The notes under the pieces were generated by a model. That model saw only the letters and a list, made by a program, of their open reading frames with translations. It was not told the origin of the DNA and did not search any database. The translations under genes and the position numbers were made by a program. 64,000 bases of DNA from Hormiphora californensis (lineage: Eukaryota > Animalia > Ctenophora): contig CM035354.1 of the NCBI GenBank assembly GCA_020137815.1, positions 8,680,001 through 8,744,000 on the forward strand. The letters are read 5' to 3'. This document shows positions 48,766 through 62,934 of this stretch, piece after piece (positions within the stretch are counted from its first letter, which is position 1; every line of letters begins with the position of its first letter).

Positions 48766-50439
48766 GGGTAGACCGGGGTAATTTGGACGGTGGGGCAATG
48801 TGGTCACAGGACGGGGCAATGTGGACTAGTGATTTATATGGGACTTTTCAATTGTGGTGTTTAGTGTGAAATAACGAAAAATTACGACTTTAAAGTTAAA
48901 CTTTACTTTGGTAAACTTAATTATGATAATTATTTAAATTATGGGTCAGAATTTCACAATATGATATTTTTCTATCCAGTTTCATCATCAAAATGACATA
49001 AGCTTTCAATTTAATTAGCTAATTAGCCATTTTAATGAAGCGGGGCAATTCGGACAATTTGGGGCAATTCGGACGAAAAAATCGGGGGCAATTCGGTCAT
49101 AATCCAGATTGCCCCATGGGGCAATTTGGACTAGACCAAATTGCCCCATGGGGCAAATTGGTTAAGACAAATTGGCGTCATGGCGCCATTATACTCGTTT
49201 CTATGGTAACCATAGACAACCTGCTTTCATAATTATCCTATTCAATCAATATAGATGGCTAAAACTGAGTAAATAGACCAAAAAAATAGAAAAAGGCACA
49301 TTTTACAACCAATTCTCTGGTTGCCTAGGTGACAAGTCAATCCATGGTGTGGTATTCGGCAAACCAACTTAATGGGGTGCTCCAGAATATCTAGGAATGG
49401 TGCTTTGATGACCAAAAGTAGTGTTTTATCATGATAATCATCTTTATGCAGCTGATAAAACTGAATAAAGGGATTAATTACAGGCTAACTTTGAGCAATA
49501 GGCATACATTTGACAACCAAAGCCACTAACTGGCTGGTAACTGAGGGCAGTGTGATGTATTATTGTGACTCACAACCATGTTTAAATAATCAATAGTCTA
49601 ATAATACGGATGTAATGGGTCGATTTGGTGCAAGAAAATAGTACATTACTGAAAATTCGCCGGTTGCTATGGTAACAAACTCCGTTGTTATAGTAACCCC
49701 AGGGAATTGCATTGAGTGGGAATCGGCCACTAACATGATTTATTAGACCGGATCCCCATAATAGAAATTTCTGGCCTTGTAAACACCTGAAAACAGAGAC
49801 ACCATTCCTTTGAAAACCGTAGCTTTATTTGTGGCTTTTTGATCTTTGATGTCGATTTTCTCAAAAACCCTATTTGGGATTAGATTAAATATTTTTCTAA
49901 TCGACTAGGCTAATCCTGAGCTTTCGAAAATGCACCCTATTGATATAAATTTGATGGACACTTAGTTAATTGGTTAATTAGGCTAATTACAACTTAATTG
50001 ACTAATTTTGAAAAAAGGAATAGCACGGGATACTAAATTACTAGATGACTGAAAAGTTTGAAATCGATATCTCAAAAACTGTGGCTACAATCTAAGTTTG
50101 TCCAAATTGCCCCAACCTCGGTCTGATTTACATCGCAGATTTACAGCTGGGGCAATGTGGTGTGTCGTGGTCACGTGATTGAATGCGCGCATTGTGATTG
50201 GTGTAGAAGCCACTAGTCCAAATTGCCCCGTGTCTCGCGATCGAAAATATTCCGACTTACCTTCATTAACAAGGTTAATTAGCTATCTAAAAGTTATGTT
50301 TTCGATGTAAATTTGTTCTGAGGCTCTAGATAAAGGTTTAGTTGCACAAATTGAGTAGCTAACTAATTGATTAAGTAAATAAATGTCTCTTGAAATACAA
50401 CTTGAATGTAAAAAGTGTCCAAATTACCCCGGTCTACCC
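48766..50439. mobile_element. Tc1/pogo-like non-autonomous element with TA TSD and GGGGCAAT subterminal repeats
   Basis: TA|GGGTAGACCGGGGTAATTTGGAC...|TA; empty site in the duplicate near 51287. Confidence 0.85.
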
Positions 50440-52062
<1,623 letters not shown>

Positions 52063-52693
52063 AAGTACACCTACAGAGCTCGCAGGCTCGCTCAGTAGTT
52101 ACACTTAGCGTGCCTCGCAGGCTCGGCAGCTAAGTAAAAGGATCTACCTCGACCTGTCGGTCTCGGTTCATTATTGTTGTATTTAGAACACTCGGCCTTC
52201 GGCCTCGTGCACTAAAAAGTAATAGACCATTTTAACCAGTCATCTAATCATATAGTGTATACCCAAAAGTGTCTGTAGCCATATGGGTGATGTTCTGACA
52301 ATCCAATCACGAGTTATAACCGAAAAACACAGCCCTTATATGAAGCTTCATATATGGGCTGTGTTCAGATCCTCCTTTCGAAGGGCTGGGGCTTTGAAAC
52401 TTCTTGTGTGGACAAAGAATTGTCTAAATTTGCAGTCTCAAATTTCAGATAGCTTCTATTTTTTGTAGTTATCTAATTAGAGTCGTTTAAACATGTGAGA
52501 AGTTGCTAAAGGGGCCTATAATAAACAGATAAAAGATAGAAACTATATCAAAGTCGCAAATTTGGACGATTCTTTGTCCACACAGGAAGTTTCAAAGCCC
52601 CAGCCCTTCATATAAGGGCTGTGTTCAGGTCCTCCTTTTTGTCACTTTAAAAAGTTTTTTTTCCACTGTTTTTCGGTCATAACTTGTAATTGG

Positions 52694-52962
52694 TACAATG
52701 AAATAGTGTTTATTTAGGACTGTAGACGACTCGGAGATTTATCTCAGGAAAGATAATACGGGACGGTTTCGACGTTTAACGACTTTTCAACACTACTTTA
52801 AACAAATTAATTTGAGCTGATGATGACGTTAAACGTCGAAACCGTCCCGTATTATCTTTCCTGAGATAAATCTCCGAGTCGTCTACAGTCCTAAATAAAC
52901 ACTATTTCATTGTATCAAAACTATGCGACTCAAAAACAGCCGATTGGTCAACTTATTGATTC
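52694..52962. mobile_element. Hairpin + tail insertion with 12-bp target duplication and a hammerhead-like core (Penelope-pLTR-like)
   Basis: ACTTGTAATTGG at 52682-52693 and 52963-52974; palindrome 52694-52914; CTGATGA-tgacgttaaacgtc-GAAAC at 52817. Confidence 0.72.
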
Positions 52963-53018
52963 ACTTGTAATTGGATTGTCAGAACATCACCCAAATGGCT
53001 ACAGACACTTTTTGGGTA

Positions 53019-54396
53019 GGGTAGCCACTGGCTATTTGAAACGTCTGCCAATTTGAAACAGTTTTTGGCTATTTGAAACACATGGACTGGCTATTTGAAA
53101 CATAGTGCCCCGTATGTACAGAGTGGGCCAGAAACATGGTGCCACTTTGAGATAAGTAACGTGTCAATACAGTTCGCTCTCCGATGTACAGAGTAATTTT
53201 CACGGTCTATTGACTAGAAAAGGCTCTCCTGAGGATTGAGATCGACAGAGAGTCACCCTTTCCCTAACAATTATCAGCCTGTCAACTGACAGGGTAACAC
53301 GTTGAAATGTGGATCCGTACAATGGAGAGAGGATTGTATTTTTCCAATTCTTATCTCCAAGTGGCTCCATGTTTCTGGCCCACCCTGTAGTTGCCTTGGG
53401 AGAGGCATAGAAAACAATACATAGACATGCCAGTGTTTTAAACTCTGGAATAGAAACAATCCTTGTGTTTTAGTAAAAATTCAAAAATTATCTTTTTATT
53501 TCAAAAAATAAAAATTGGGAAACTTGAATATAATTATAAATAGCTTTTTAAACCTCTGGGCGCGCGTCTGAGATCGTAAAAGTGTTCTAATTGAGCATAA
53601 TTGGGTCTTAATGACCCCATTTACAACTTTTCACCTGGAAATGTTAGATGCTTATGTGAGGGCACTTTTCCGACTAATTTTGTTACGCTGAATCACGTAA
53701 GCAACCTTTCCAATCCCTCAGAGGTCGGGAAAGTGCCTTAATTGAGCAATTAAGGCCAATTAGACCCAATTATACTCAATTAGGGCATACGTGATTCAGC
53801 GTATCGAAATTAGTCGGGTTCAGTGGTTTTCGCTATGATATGATTTGCAGGGCAAGCGATTCTGGTAATTTGAACCACTGCGGAGGGCTATTTGAAACAC
53901 TTTTCTCCAAATTCGCTGTCGGAAATGTATGATGTTCATCTTGAGCATGATAGGGAGGATATGAATTATGATTTTAGCCATTTCCGCCAAAAATTGGCCG
54001 AATTTTGGGCAAAAACTATTTTCCTGGCTATTTGAAACACATTTTGGAAACATTCACTGCACCAAGCACGTGCAAAAAAATTCAGATTTCAGACATGGAA
54101 TGGCTTTGTACAACCCTTTTCTAACTATTTCAGGTCGAAAATTTTGGTTTCGTGGACAAATTGAGGGAGATACAAATTAGCAGACTGAGGCGGGCTAATT
54201 GAAACACCAAATTTGGATATATATCACGTGATCCTGACCCCGGAAGACAAAATAAGATATCTCAAACCACCCCAGAAATTGCCCAGGGACTGTGTCGGTA
54301 ACATAATGTCAAAAAATTTTGGGTTCGACTTGATTTGTGGACACGCAAGCGAAAAAAAAAGTGAAAAAGTGTTTCAAATAGCTGCAGTGACTACCC
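53019..54396. mobile_element. TA-flanked TIR element with GCTATTTGAAACA repeats; nested Tc1-like MITE at 53119-53387
   Basis: TA|GGGTAGCCACTGGCTATTTGAAAC; second copy at 57080-58226 lacks the nested insert. Confidence 0.82.
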
Positions 54397-55402
54397 TATG
54401 CATTAGTTAAACCGGTTTCAAGATGATTCAAGCACTCCTTCCGTGGGCACGACCGCGCACCAATAGTGGTCCTGACTAAATTCGGCATTTCCGGCTGGTG
54501 ATTCGGTCTCTCTACCGCCTATGGTAGAGGACTATTTGATCTCCTGCTTTAGTCTAGTTGGATACGTGATCCACTGCAGCCTTTGGCAATTTGCGATTTG
54601 TGGGCATCGCACTATAATAGACGCAGTATACCCACGTACTATAGACGCATTATAGACGTATTATAGACGCATTATAGACGCAGTATAGACACACGCAATA
54701 TAGACGGACTTTCTTAAGCAGCAGTATAGACGCAGTATAGGCGCATTATAACAGCAATATAAACGCATTTTTATAGACGCGACGCAGTATAGCCGCATCA
54801 TAGGCGCACTACCCAACCCAAAATCACCTTATAGACGCACTATAGACGCATTATAGACTGACTATAGCAGCACCATAAACGCTACATAACTGCATATAGA
54901 CGCATTATAGAAGCATTATAGACGCAAATCGCTTTTTATAGACGCCGCGTCTATAAAAAAACGTGCTTTTTTAAGAAGCACTAAAGACGTACTCCAGGCT
55001 ACAGTGCGATATTTGAGGCGCAGTTGGGCGTTTTATAAACGCATTTTTGTCGCATATAAAAGGAAGCAGTATAGACGCATTATAGACGCATTATAGCCGC
55101 ATGTGTGCGAAATCGATTAAGACGCAATATAGACGCAAAATAAGAAGGATATGGAGAGCGAGAGGGAGGGAGGGATGACCTCGCTTCGACTTCTGTGATC
55201 CAAGCACGGGCGTGACAGGATTCCACATTTGGGGTGATGATGACAAGGATTTCTTTTCTTTCTTTTCTTTCTGATGAAAAGGATTTCTTTTCTTTCTTTT
55301 CTTTCTGATGACAAAGATTTCTTTTCTTTCTTTCCTTTCTTTTTTTCAAGCTAAATCAAAAGAAATCCTTGTCATCATCAGCCCACATGTGGAATCCTGT
55401 CA

Positions 55403-56543
55403 GGGACGGGAGGGAAAGGGAGGGAGGCGGGAGGGAGGGAGGGATGGGAGGGACGGAGCAGGGAGGGAGGGAGGGAGGGAGGGAGGGGAGGGAGGGAGGG
55501 AGGGAGGGAGGGAGGGAGGGAGGGAGGAGGGAGGGAGGAGGGAGGGAGGGAGAGGAGGGAGGGGAAGGAGAGGGAGGGAGGGGAGAGGGAGGGAGGGAGA
55601 GGACAGGGAGGGACGGGAAGCAGCGGAGGGAGGGAGGGAGGGAGGGAGGGAGGGAGGGAGGGAGGGAGGGAGGGAGGGAGGGAGGGATGAGGAGGGGAGG
55701 GAGGGAGGGAGGGAGGGAGGGAGGGAGGAGGAGGGAGGGAGGGAGGGAGGGAGGAGGGAGGGAGGGAGAGGGAGGGAGGGAGGGAGGGGACGGAGGGAGG
55801 GGAGGGAGGGAGGGAAGGGAGGGAGGGAGGAGGGAGGGAGGGAGGGAGGGCGGGAGGGAGGGAGGAGGGAGGGAGGGAGGGAGGGAGGGAGGGAGGGAGG
55901 GAGGAGGGAGGGAGGGAGGGAGGGAGGGAGGGAGGGAGGAGGGAGGGAGGGAGGGAGCGGGAGGAGGGAGGAGGGAGGGAGGGAGGGAGGGAGGAGGGAG
56001 GGAGGGAGGGAGGGAGGGAGGGAGGGAGGAGGGAGGGAGGGAGGGAGGGAGGGAGGGAGGGAGGGAGGGAGGGAGGGAGGGAGGGAGGGAGGGAGGGAGG
56101 GAGGGAGGGAGGGCAGGGAGGGAGGGAGGGAGGGAGGGAGGGAGGGAGGGAGGGAGGGAGGGAGGGAGGGAGGGAGGAGGGAGGGAGGGAGGAGGGAGGA
56201 GGGAGGGAGGGAGGGAGGGAGGGAGGGAGGGAGGGAGGGAGGGAGGGAGGGAGGGAGGGAGGGAGGGAGGGAGGGAGGGAGGGAGGAGGGAGGGAGGGAG
56301 GGAGGGAGGGAGGGAGGGAGGGAGGGAGGGAGGAGGGAGGGAGGGAGGGAGGGAGGGAGGGAGGAGGGAGGAGGGAGGGAGGGAGGGAGGGAGGGAGGGA
56401 GGGAGGGAGGGAGGGAGGGAGGGAGGGAGGGAGGGAGGGAGGGAGGGAGGGAGGGAGGGAGGGAGGGAGGGAGGGAGGGAGGGAGGGAGGGAGGGAGGGA
56501 GGGAGGGAGGGAGGGAGGGAGGGAGGGAGGGAGGGAGGGAGGG
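55403..56543. repeat. About 1.1-kb (GGGA)n polypurine tract
   Basis: Seen directly. Confidence 0.95.
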
Positions 56544-57079
56544 ATACAGACGGATAAAGACCTGAGACAGACGGACAGAGTAAGATGGAGAGAGACAGTG
56601 AGATAGGGACGGAGTGAGACAGAAAAAGACAGATATGGAAACAAACGGACAGAGACAGACGGACTGACAAACACGCGCTTACTATATCCCTCTCTGTCTC
56701 ACTCTCTCCATCTTAATCTCTCTCCATCTTACTCTGTCCGTCTGTCTCAGGTCTTTATCCATCTGTCTCTGTCCCTGTATCCATCCCTCCCTCTTTCCCT
56801 CTCCCTCCCTCTCCCTCCCTCTCTCTCGCTCTCCGTCTCCTTCCTATTTTGCGTCTATATTGCGTCTTTATCGATTTCGCACACATGCGGCTATAATGCG
56901 TCTATAATGCGTCTATACTGCTTCCTTTTATGTGCAAGAAAAATGCGTTTATAGTTCGCCCAACTGCGCCTCAAATATCGCAGCGTGCGTCTGAGTACGT
57001 CTATAGTGCTTCTTAAAAAACACGTTTTTTATAGACGCGGCGTCTATAAAAAGCGATTTGCGTCTATAATGCTTCTATA

Positions 57080-58226
57080 GGGTAGCCACTGGCTATTTGA
57101 AACGCCTGCCAATGTGAAACAGTGTCTGACTATTTGAAACGCATGGTCTGGCTATTTGAAACGCAGTGCCGCGTATGTAGTAGCTTGTCTTGGGAGATGC
57201 CTAGCAAACAGTTGGTAGACATGCCGTTATTTCAAATTCTGGAATAGAAACAATCCTTGTGTTTAAATAAAAAATTCAAAGATTTCCTTTTTATTTCAAA
57301 AAATGAAAATTGAGAAAATTAAATATAATTATAAATAGCTTTTTTAAACCTCTGGGCTCCGTCTCAGATCGGAAAAGTGTTCTAATTAAGCATAATTGGG
57401 TTTTAATGACCCCATTTACAACTTTTCACCAGGAAATGATTTATACTTATGTGAGGGCACTTTTCCGACTAATTTTGATACGCTGAATCACGTAAGCAGC
57501 CTTTCCAATCCCTCAGAGGTCGGGAAAGTACCTTAATTGAGCAATTAAGGTCAATTAGACCGAATTATACTCAATTAGGGCACTTAATCGGCCTCAGACG
57601 GATTGGAAAAGTTGCTTACGTGATTCAGCATATCGAAATTAGTCGGGTTCAGTGGTTTCCGATATGTTATGATCTGCAGGGCAAGCGATTCTGGTAATTT
57701 GAAACACTGAGGAGGGCTATTTGAAACACTTTTCTCCAAATCCGCTGTCGGAAATTTTTGATGTTCATTTTGAGCATAGGGAGGATATGAATTATGATTT
57801 AAGCCATTTCCGCCAAAAATTGGCCGAATTTGGGACAAAAACCGTTTTCCTGGCTATTTGAAACACTTTTTGGAAACATTAACTGCACCAAGCACATGCA
57901 ACCAAATTCAGATTTCAGACATGGAATGGCTCTGCACAACCCTTTTCTAACTATTCCATGTCAAAAATTTCGGTTTCGTGGAGAAATTGAGGGAGATACG
58001 GGTGTTTCAAATTAGCAGACCGAGGCGGGCTAACTGAAACACCAAATTTGGATAGATATCACGTGACCCTGGCCCCGGAAGCCAAAATGAGACATCTCCA
58101 ACCACCCCAAAAACTACCCAGGGACTGTCTCGGTAACACAAGGTCAAAAAAATTTGGGTTCGACTTGATTTGTGGGCAGGCAAGGGAAAAAAGTGAAAAA
58201 CTGTTTCAAATAGCCAGTCGCTACCC
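57080..58226. mobile_element. Second copy of the GGGTAG TA-flanked element, nested in the foldback right arm
   Basis: TA|GGGTAGCCACTGG...CCAGTCGCTACCC|TA. Confidence 0.82.
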
Positions 58227-58574
58227 TAATGCGTCTATATGCGTCTATGTAGCGTTTATGGTGCTGCTAAAGTCAGTCTATAATGCGTCTATAGTGCGTC
58301 GCGTCTATAAAAATGCGTTTATATTGCTGTTATAATGCGCCTATACTGCGTATATATATACTGCTGCTTACGAAAGTCCGTCTATATTGCGTGTGTATAT
58401 ACTGCGTCTATAATGCTTCTATAATGCGTCTATAATTCGTCTATAGTACGTGGGTACTGCGTCTATAGTGCGATGCCCGCAAATCGCAAATTGCCGGAGC
58501 CTTTTATTGCAGTCTTTTATAAGAAGCGAATTTCTACTCACCTGCCGCATTTCTAATTGTTACCTTCTCTCTAG

Positions 58575-58748
58575 CGTATATCAATACTATTCCATCCATG
58601 CCGTTTACGTCATTGGTCCCTGAACCCTCGACTACAGTTTCAACTACTACCTCAATTACTATGTCCTGTGAACCTGGATTTACATACGGAGATACTGCTG
58701 TATCAATTGTAGAAGCAGATGCAGATGCATTTGATTTCTTTTGCAGAA
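58575..58748 (+). CDS. Exon 33: degenerate CCP-like domain
   Basis: ITMSCEPGFTY...FFCR; A|GTAAGT; phase 1-1. Confidence 0.78.
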
Positions 58749-58881
58749 GTAAGTAGTAACAATCGGGTTTGTATAGTGGGAATTTACCTAAACTGTAAAG
58801 ATTGTAGGTTTGCAAAGAATATGCCGTGCTAGTACACATTATACAATGTCTTCACACATAACAACCTCATCTCCAATTTAG

Positions 58882-59062
58882 GTGTTCAGATGGAGCAGAC
58901 TAACTCTCTGTATGTGATAGGATCCGATACATCATATGCTACTTGCCATGCCCAGGGGGCTGAGGTGGGAGATATCACATTCTACTGGTGCAGTTCTGAC
59001 AAGCCCAACTGTGTGGAGATTACTGGGACTCAAACAAGCATTTCTAGCACTCATATTATCAG
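58882..59062 (+). CDS. Exon 34: first half of first Ig of second array
   Basis: YATC...ITFYW; AG|GTATGT. Confidence 0.85.
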
Positions 59063-60381
59063 GTATGTTGCAACGTGGAGACGTTTCCATCTAGTACGAA
59101 ATTGCTAAATACATATAGACCCCGCTGGCTCAAATAGACGCACGGCGCGCTCAAACAATTTGCACTGGTCTATTGGGCCGTGCACTGCCGTGAGTTTGTG
59201 TCTCGATAGACGCACGCCCTCTGACAGATTTGTGTAAAGATCACAAAGAATCACTGGAAACACGATAAAATGACATGAATACACAAAAGGGAGTGTGTGT
59301 ACAACCAACTACTTAGTAATGCACGGGTCCCGAAGGGAACCGTGCGTTACAGCCCTGTAAATCCCGAGCGTCAGCGAGGGGTTTACAGGTATATCTGCAC
59401 GCAAGGGAGGGAGTTGTGTTCTATAGACCCCGCTGGCGGGCACCTAGAAGCAAAACATGCACAATTTACGTGGTGCTCAAACAGAGAGCTCACACAAAAC
59501 GGGTCAAACAGTTGGAAATGGAGCTACAGAGTGTCTCTCTACATTCCTACACACTCGTAGCAATCGTTTTAACATATCAAAAGGGTGGAATGCTGAGAGA
59601 GATAACCGTTAATTGTGGGTCAAGAGGAACAGTTGCCAACAGACTGGCGGGCGCCAAATCTAGACAGAGAGCGTGTACTGTACCCTAACACATAGGAGAG
59701 TTTAGATCAGTGTCGGGTTATGACTAGGCGTGATGAACACGGACATTATGTGTTAGGGTTAGGGAACGGTCACAGGACCGTCTCCCTTGAGTTATATTAG
59801 TGGTAGCATTTATTATTGGATTACGATAGTTTCTATTCTACTTTAGTCTTTGTATATAGTTTGTCGTATTCGTACCACATTTTACCCTAAAATGGTTCAT
59901 ATCGGTCATGGTCGGTCACGGTAGTCACAACTTCGATAACATACGCGGGCAGATATTTTCGAGGCAATTAATTTTCGCGATTCGATCAAAATTTACTATT
60001 TTCGCGATTTTAATTTTCGCTAATCCCACTGCTACCCCCATTTCACGGTCCTAGTTTATTGTCTAATTACGCCAAGAGTGCAGTCATCATTGCCATGAGA
60101 CACTAGACCTGCTTGGCGTAGACCAATGAAATGTGAGCAATTACAATTTCTGATCTGATGAACCGATTGTCGTTGACTTAGTACTAAAAGTAAAAAATGT
60201 GTCATCCTGAAATAACTTGCACGAGCTATTTCTGTAAAAATCGTCCAAAATATTTTCGCGGAATTAATTTTCGCGGATTTTCCAGCCAAAAATAAAGAGC
60301 GAAAATAAAAATCTCACGAAAATTTCTAGTTTTACAGTATACAGCTCAATAGATGCACTGCTCTGCAGTAGTTTTTAACTA

Positions 60382-60553
60382 CAGTCAGACCCCAATTTAC
60401 CGGGCCCCGATTTACCGGAACCCCGATTTACCGGGAGGATAATCTTCCCCCGATATAGGAAATTGACGGTATTTTGCCCCGACATACCGGGCACCCCGAT
60501 TTACCGGGCAAAACCCTTTCCCCCGATCATCCCGGTAAATCGGGGTCCGACTG
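60382..60553. mobile_element. pogo/Tigger-like MITE with TA TSD
   Basis: TA|CAGTCAGACCCC...GGGGTCCGACTG|TA with CCCCGATTTACCGG subrepeats. Confidence 0.8.
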
Positions 60554-60654
60554 TAAGTATTTCTCAGTTCTCTTTGTGTGTTTTGATTAGTGTTCTCTCT
60601 CTCTTGTTGGTGTGTAATACTTGAAATAAACAACTAAAGCAGGGTATATAACCC

Positions 60655-60840
60655 ATAAACTCTGACCACTGGCACGTTATAGGTTTAAACCCCTCCGCCT
60701 CTCCCTCGGCTCCGCCTCGGGATCGTCGTCGTGATTTAAACCAGTTTATCCGCCAGCGGCGGATAAACTCCAGCTAACTTCTCCCAGCGGCGCGCTGGGA
60801 GAAAGTTATCTGAAATAACGCGCCAGTGGCCAGAGTTTAT
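60655..60840. repeat. Multibranch palindromic cassette
   Basis: Outer stem + three hairpins. Confidence 0.75.
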
Positions 60841-60889
60841 GCCTCATATAGTTTTCTGGATGAGTATCGATAACGAAATCCACTTGCAG

Positions 60890-61035
60890 AGTGGTTAAGA
60901 TCCAAGACATTTTCGATAACCTACAGAACGCAACTGTGGCTAATGGGGATTCATTGGTTTATTGGTGTGAAGGAAGAGACAGTGATGGAGTTGAAACGTC
61001 CTCTCAGACAAAATCAACTGTTACCGCTATACATG
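60890..61035 (+). CDS. Exon 35: second half of that Ig
   Basis: GDSLVYWCEG; G|GTAAGT. Confidence 0.85.
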
Positions 61036-61622
61036 GTAAGTATGGCTTTAGGACTGTAACTCACCTGGACAGTAACTCGAAAGTGAGTTAACTCACCTCT
61101 CTTGGGAACTCGAGAATTCGGCCGCATACGAGAGTTCACTAGGTTATATACCCTGCTAACTTAAATAATGCGCCAGTGGCGAGAAGTCCCACTAGCGCGC
61201 TCTCGATAACCAGCCAGTCCAGCGGCAGATTATTTCCCACTGGCAGGTTATTTATTTTTAACTCCTATGTTACATTCAAAGTGTGTGTAAATGATCAGTT
61301 CTTACTGAAATACAGAGGGAACACTGTTTGGAAGAGCTTTACACACTAAATTGGAGAGAAAGAAACAACACATTCCGTCAATTACTCTATCTTTATTTTC
61401 CCTTTTGTTTCACTATCTCAATTCCTCTGTGTTATGTCTGGCATGCCCCATATCTTGTTATTTCTTTCTCTCTCTCCTTAGTAACTGTTACCAAACAATG
61501 TACACTCAATTGAGAGATGTTTTTGACTGTTTCTCAGTTCTCTTTGTGTGTTTTGATTAGTGTTCTCTCTCTTGTTAGTGTGTAATACTTGTAACAAACA
61601 ACTAAAGCAGGGTATATAACCT

Positions 61623-61808
61623 ATAAACTCTTGCCACAGACGCGTTATAGGTTTAAACCCCTCCGCCTCTCCCTCGGCTACGCCTCGGGATCGTCGTCGT
61701 GATTTAAACCAGTTTATCCGCCAGTGGCGGATAAACTACAGCTACCTTCTCCCAGCGGCGCGCTGGGAGAAAGGTATCTGATATAACGCGCCACTGGCAA
61801 GAGTTTAT
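61623..61808. repeat. Multibranch palindromic cassette, second nearby copy
   Basis: Same layout with compensatory changes. Confidence 0.75.
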
Positions 61809-62519
61809 GCCTCATATATTCGTCTTAGTAGTGTTAGGGTTGTCGTTTGGGTTCGATGTTAGGGTTGTATTAGGGTTGGGTTTTACGGTAAAATCCAGGT
61901 GAGTTTGAAATTCGACATTTTGTCCTAGCTATCGACATTTTGTCCTAGCAAAAAATCGAAAAAAGTGCGGACAGAAAGTCACCACAAAATAAGAACTCGA
62001 CGCCAATTTTCGGACAATAACTCACTTTCGAGTTACTGTCCAAAATTCAAATTATGAAGCTTTGGTTCAGTGGAAACTGTTTTTCTTGTTTAGTTTCAAT
62101 CTTGCAGTGACTAAGTTGTTTTTTTCTTGCCCACAACGTTTTGTGGCTGAGAACTGGCCAAGAAAGTGTCTAAAAGCAAGGTTTTTTCCTATCTGACCAA
62201 AATTGCAAAAAAATGAAGTTGGAAAAGGTTTTACGCGAATATGATAGTAATAAAACACAAAATTTAGGCAGAAAGGATAATTAGCCTGGTCAGGAGCCGT
62301 TTGAAAATTTGGTACCTCGGAAAGGACACAAAGAATTTCACACCTCTTTTGAATGAATTCTTGCGTGTGATAAACTACACGTGATATGAGATATATCACC
62401 TCGGATGCAGCACCTCGGATATCAGCCCGCTACTGCGCGGGTGATATTGGTCTAAAAAACGCAGCGGGCGTTATAAACTCGGGTTTATTGATTATATTTA
62501 ACCGCTCTTATTGTTACAG

Positions 62520-62774
62520 TCGGTGAGATCACGAAAGACTTAGCGACATCGTGGTGGTTCGGAAGCACAGTTACCGTGACTTGTTCTACGCCTGGTGAAA
62601 TTACCACTGTCATGTACAACTCACGTTACTTGACTGGGGATCAGATTGCCGGTATTGACGCGGGCACAGTAGTGGTGGAGGTGGTTCTTGACCCTTCATA
62701 CACTCACGAGCTGGTTTGTGGAACCGAAGTAGGGGGACAGAAGCACGAGATTGTCTTGAAGGAAAACATTAGTG
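62520..62774 (+). CDS. Exon 36: divergent Ig-like domain
   Basis: GSTVTVTC...HELVC; G|GTGAGT. Confidence 0.85.
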
Positions 62775-62934
62775 GTGAGTGTTCTCTTATTCCGTCTCGC
62801 TGTTTGGACCTCTGTATCTAGGTTTATGTACCAATAAATATTTAATTTGGTTTGGAAGGCCAAGGATATACCTTGAAAAACTCTTTGGCCTTCAAACCAT
62901 ATGATCAGATGGTATTCAATAAAACTCTTGGCAG

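Larger units (their letters stand above)
54585..58495. mobile_element. MULE/Foldback-like element with long modular TIRs and (GGGA)n core; 9-bp TSD
   Basis: GGCAATTTGCGATTTG termini; GCAGCCTTT/GGAGCCTTT flanks; TATAGACGCA subrepeats; partial copy at 44477-44760. Confidence 0.78.

Noticed and set aside
55308-56674. Four ORFs of about 400 aa (GGRE / PPSL repeats)
   Set aside because: Translations of the (GGGA)n tract inside an intronic foldback element; stop-free by composition.
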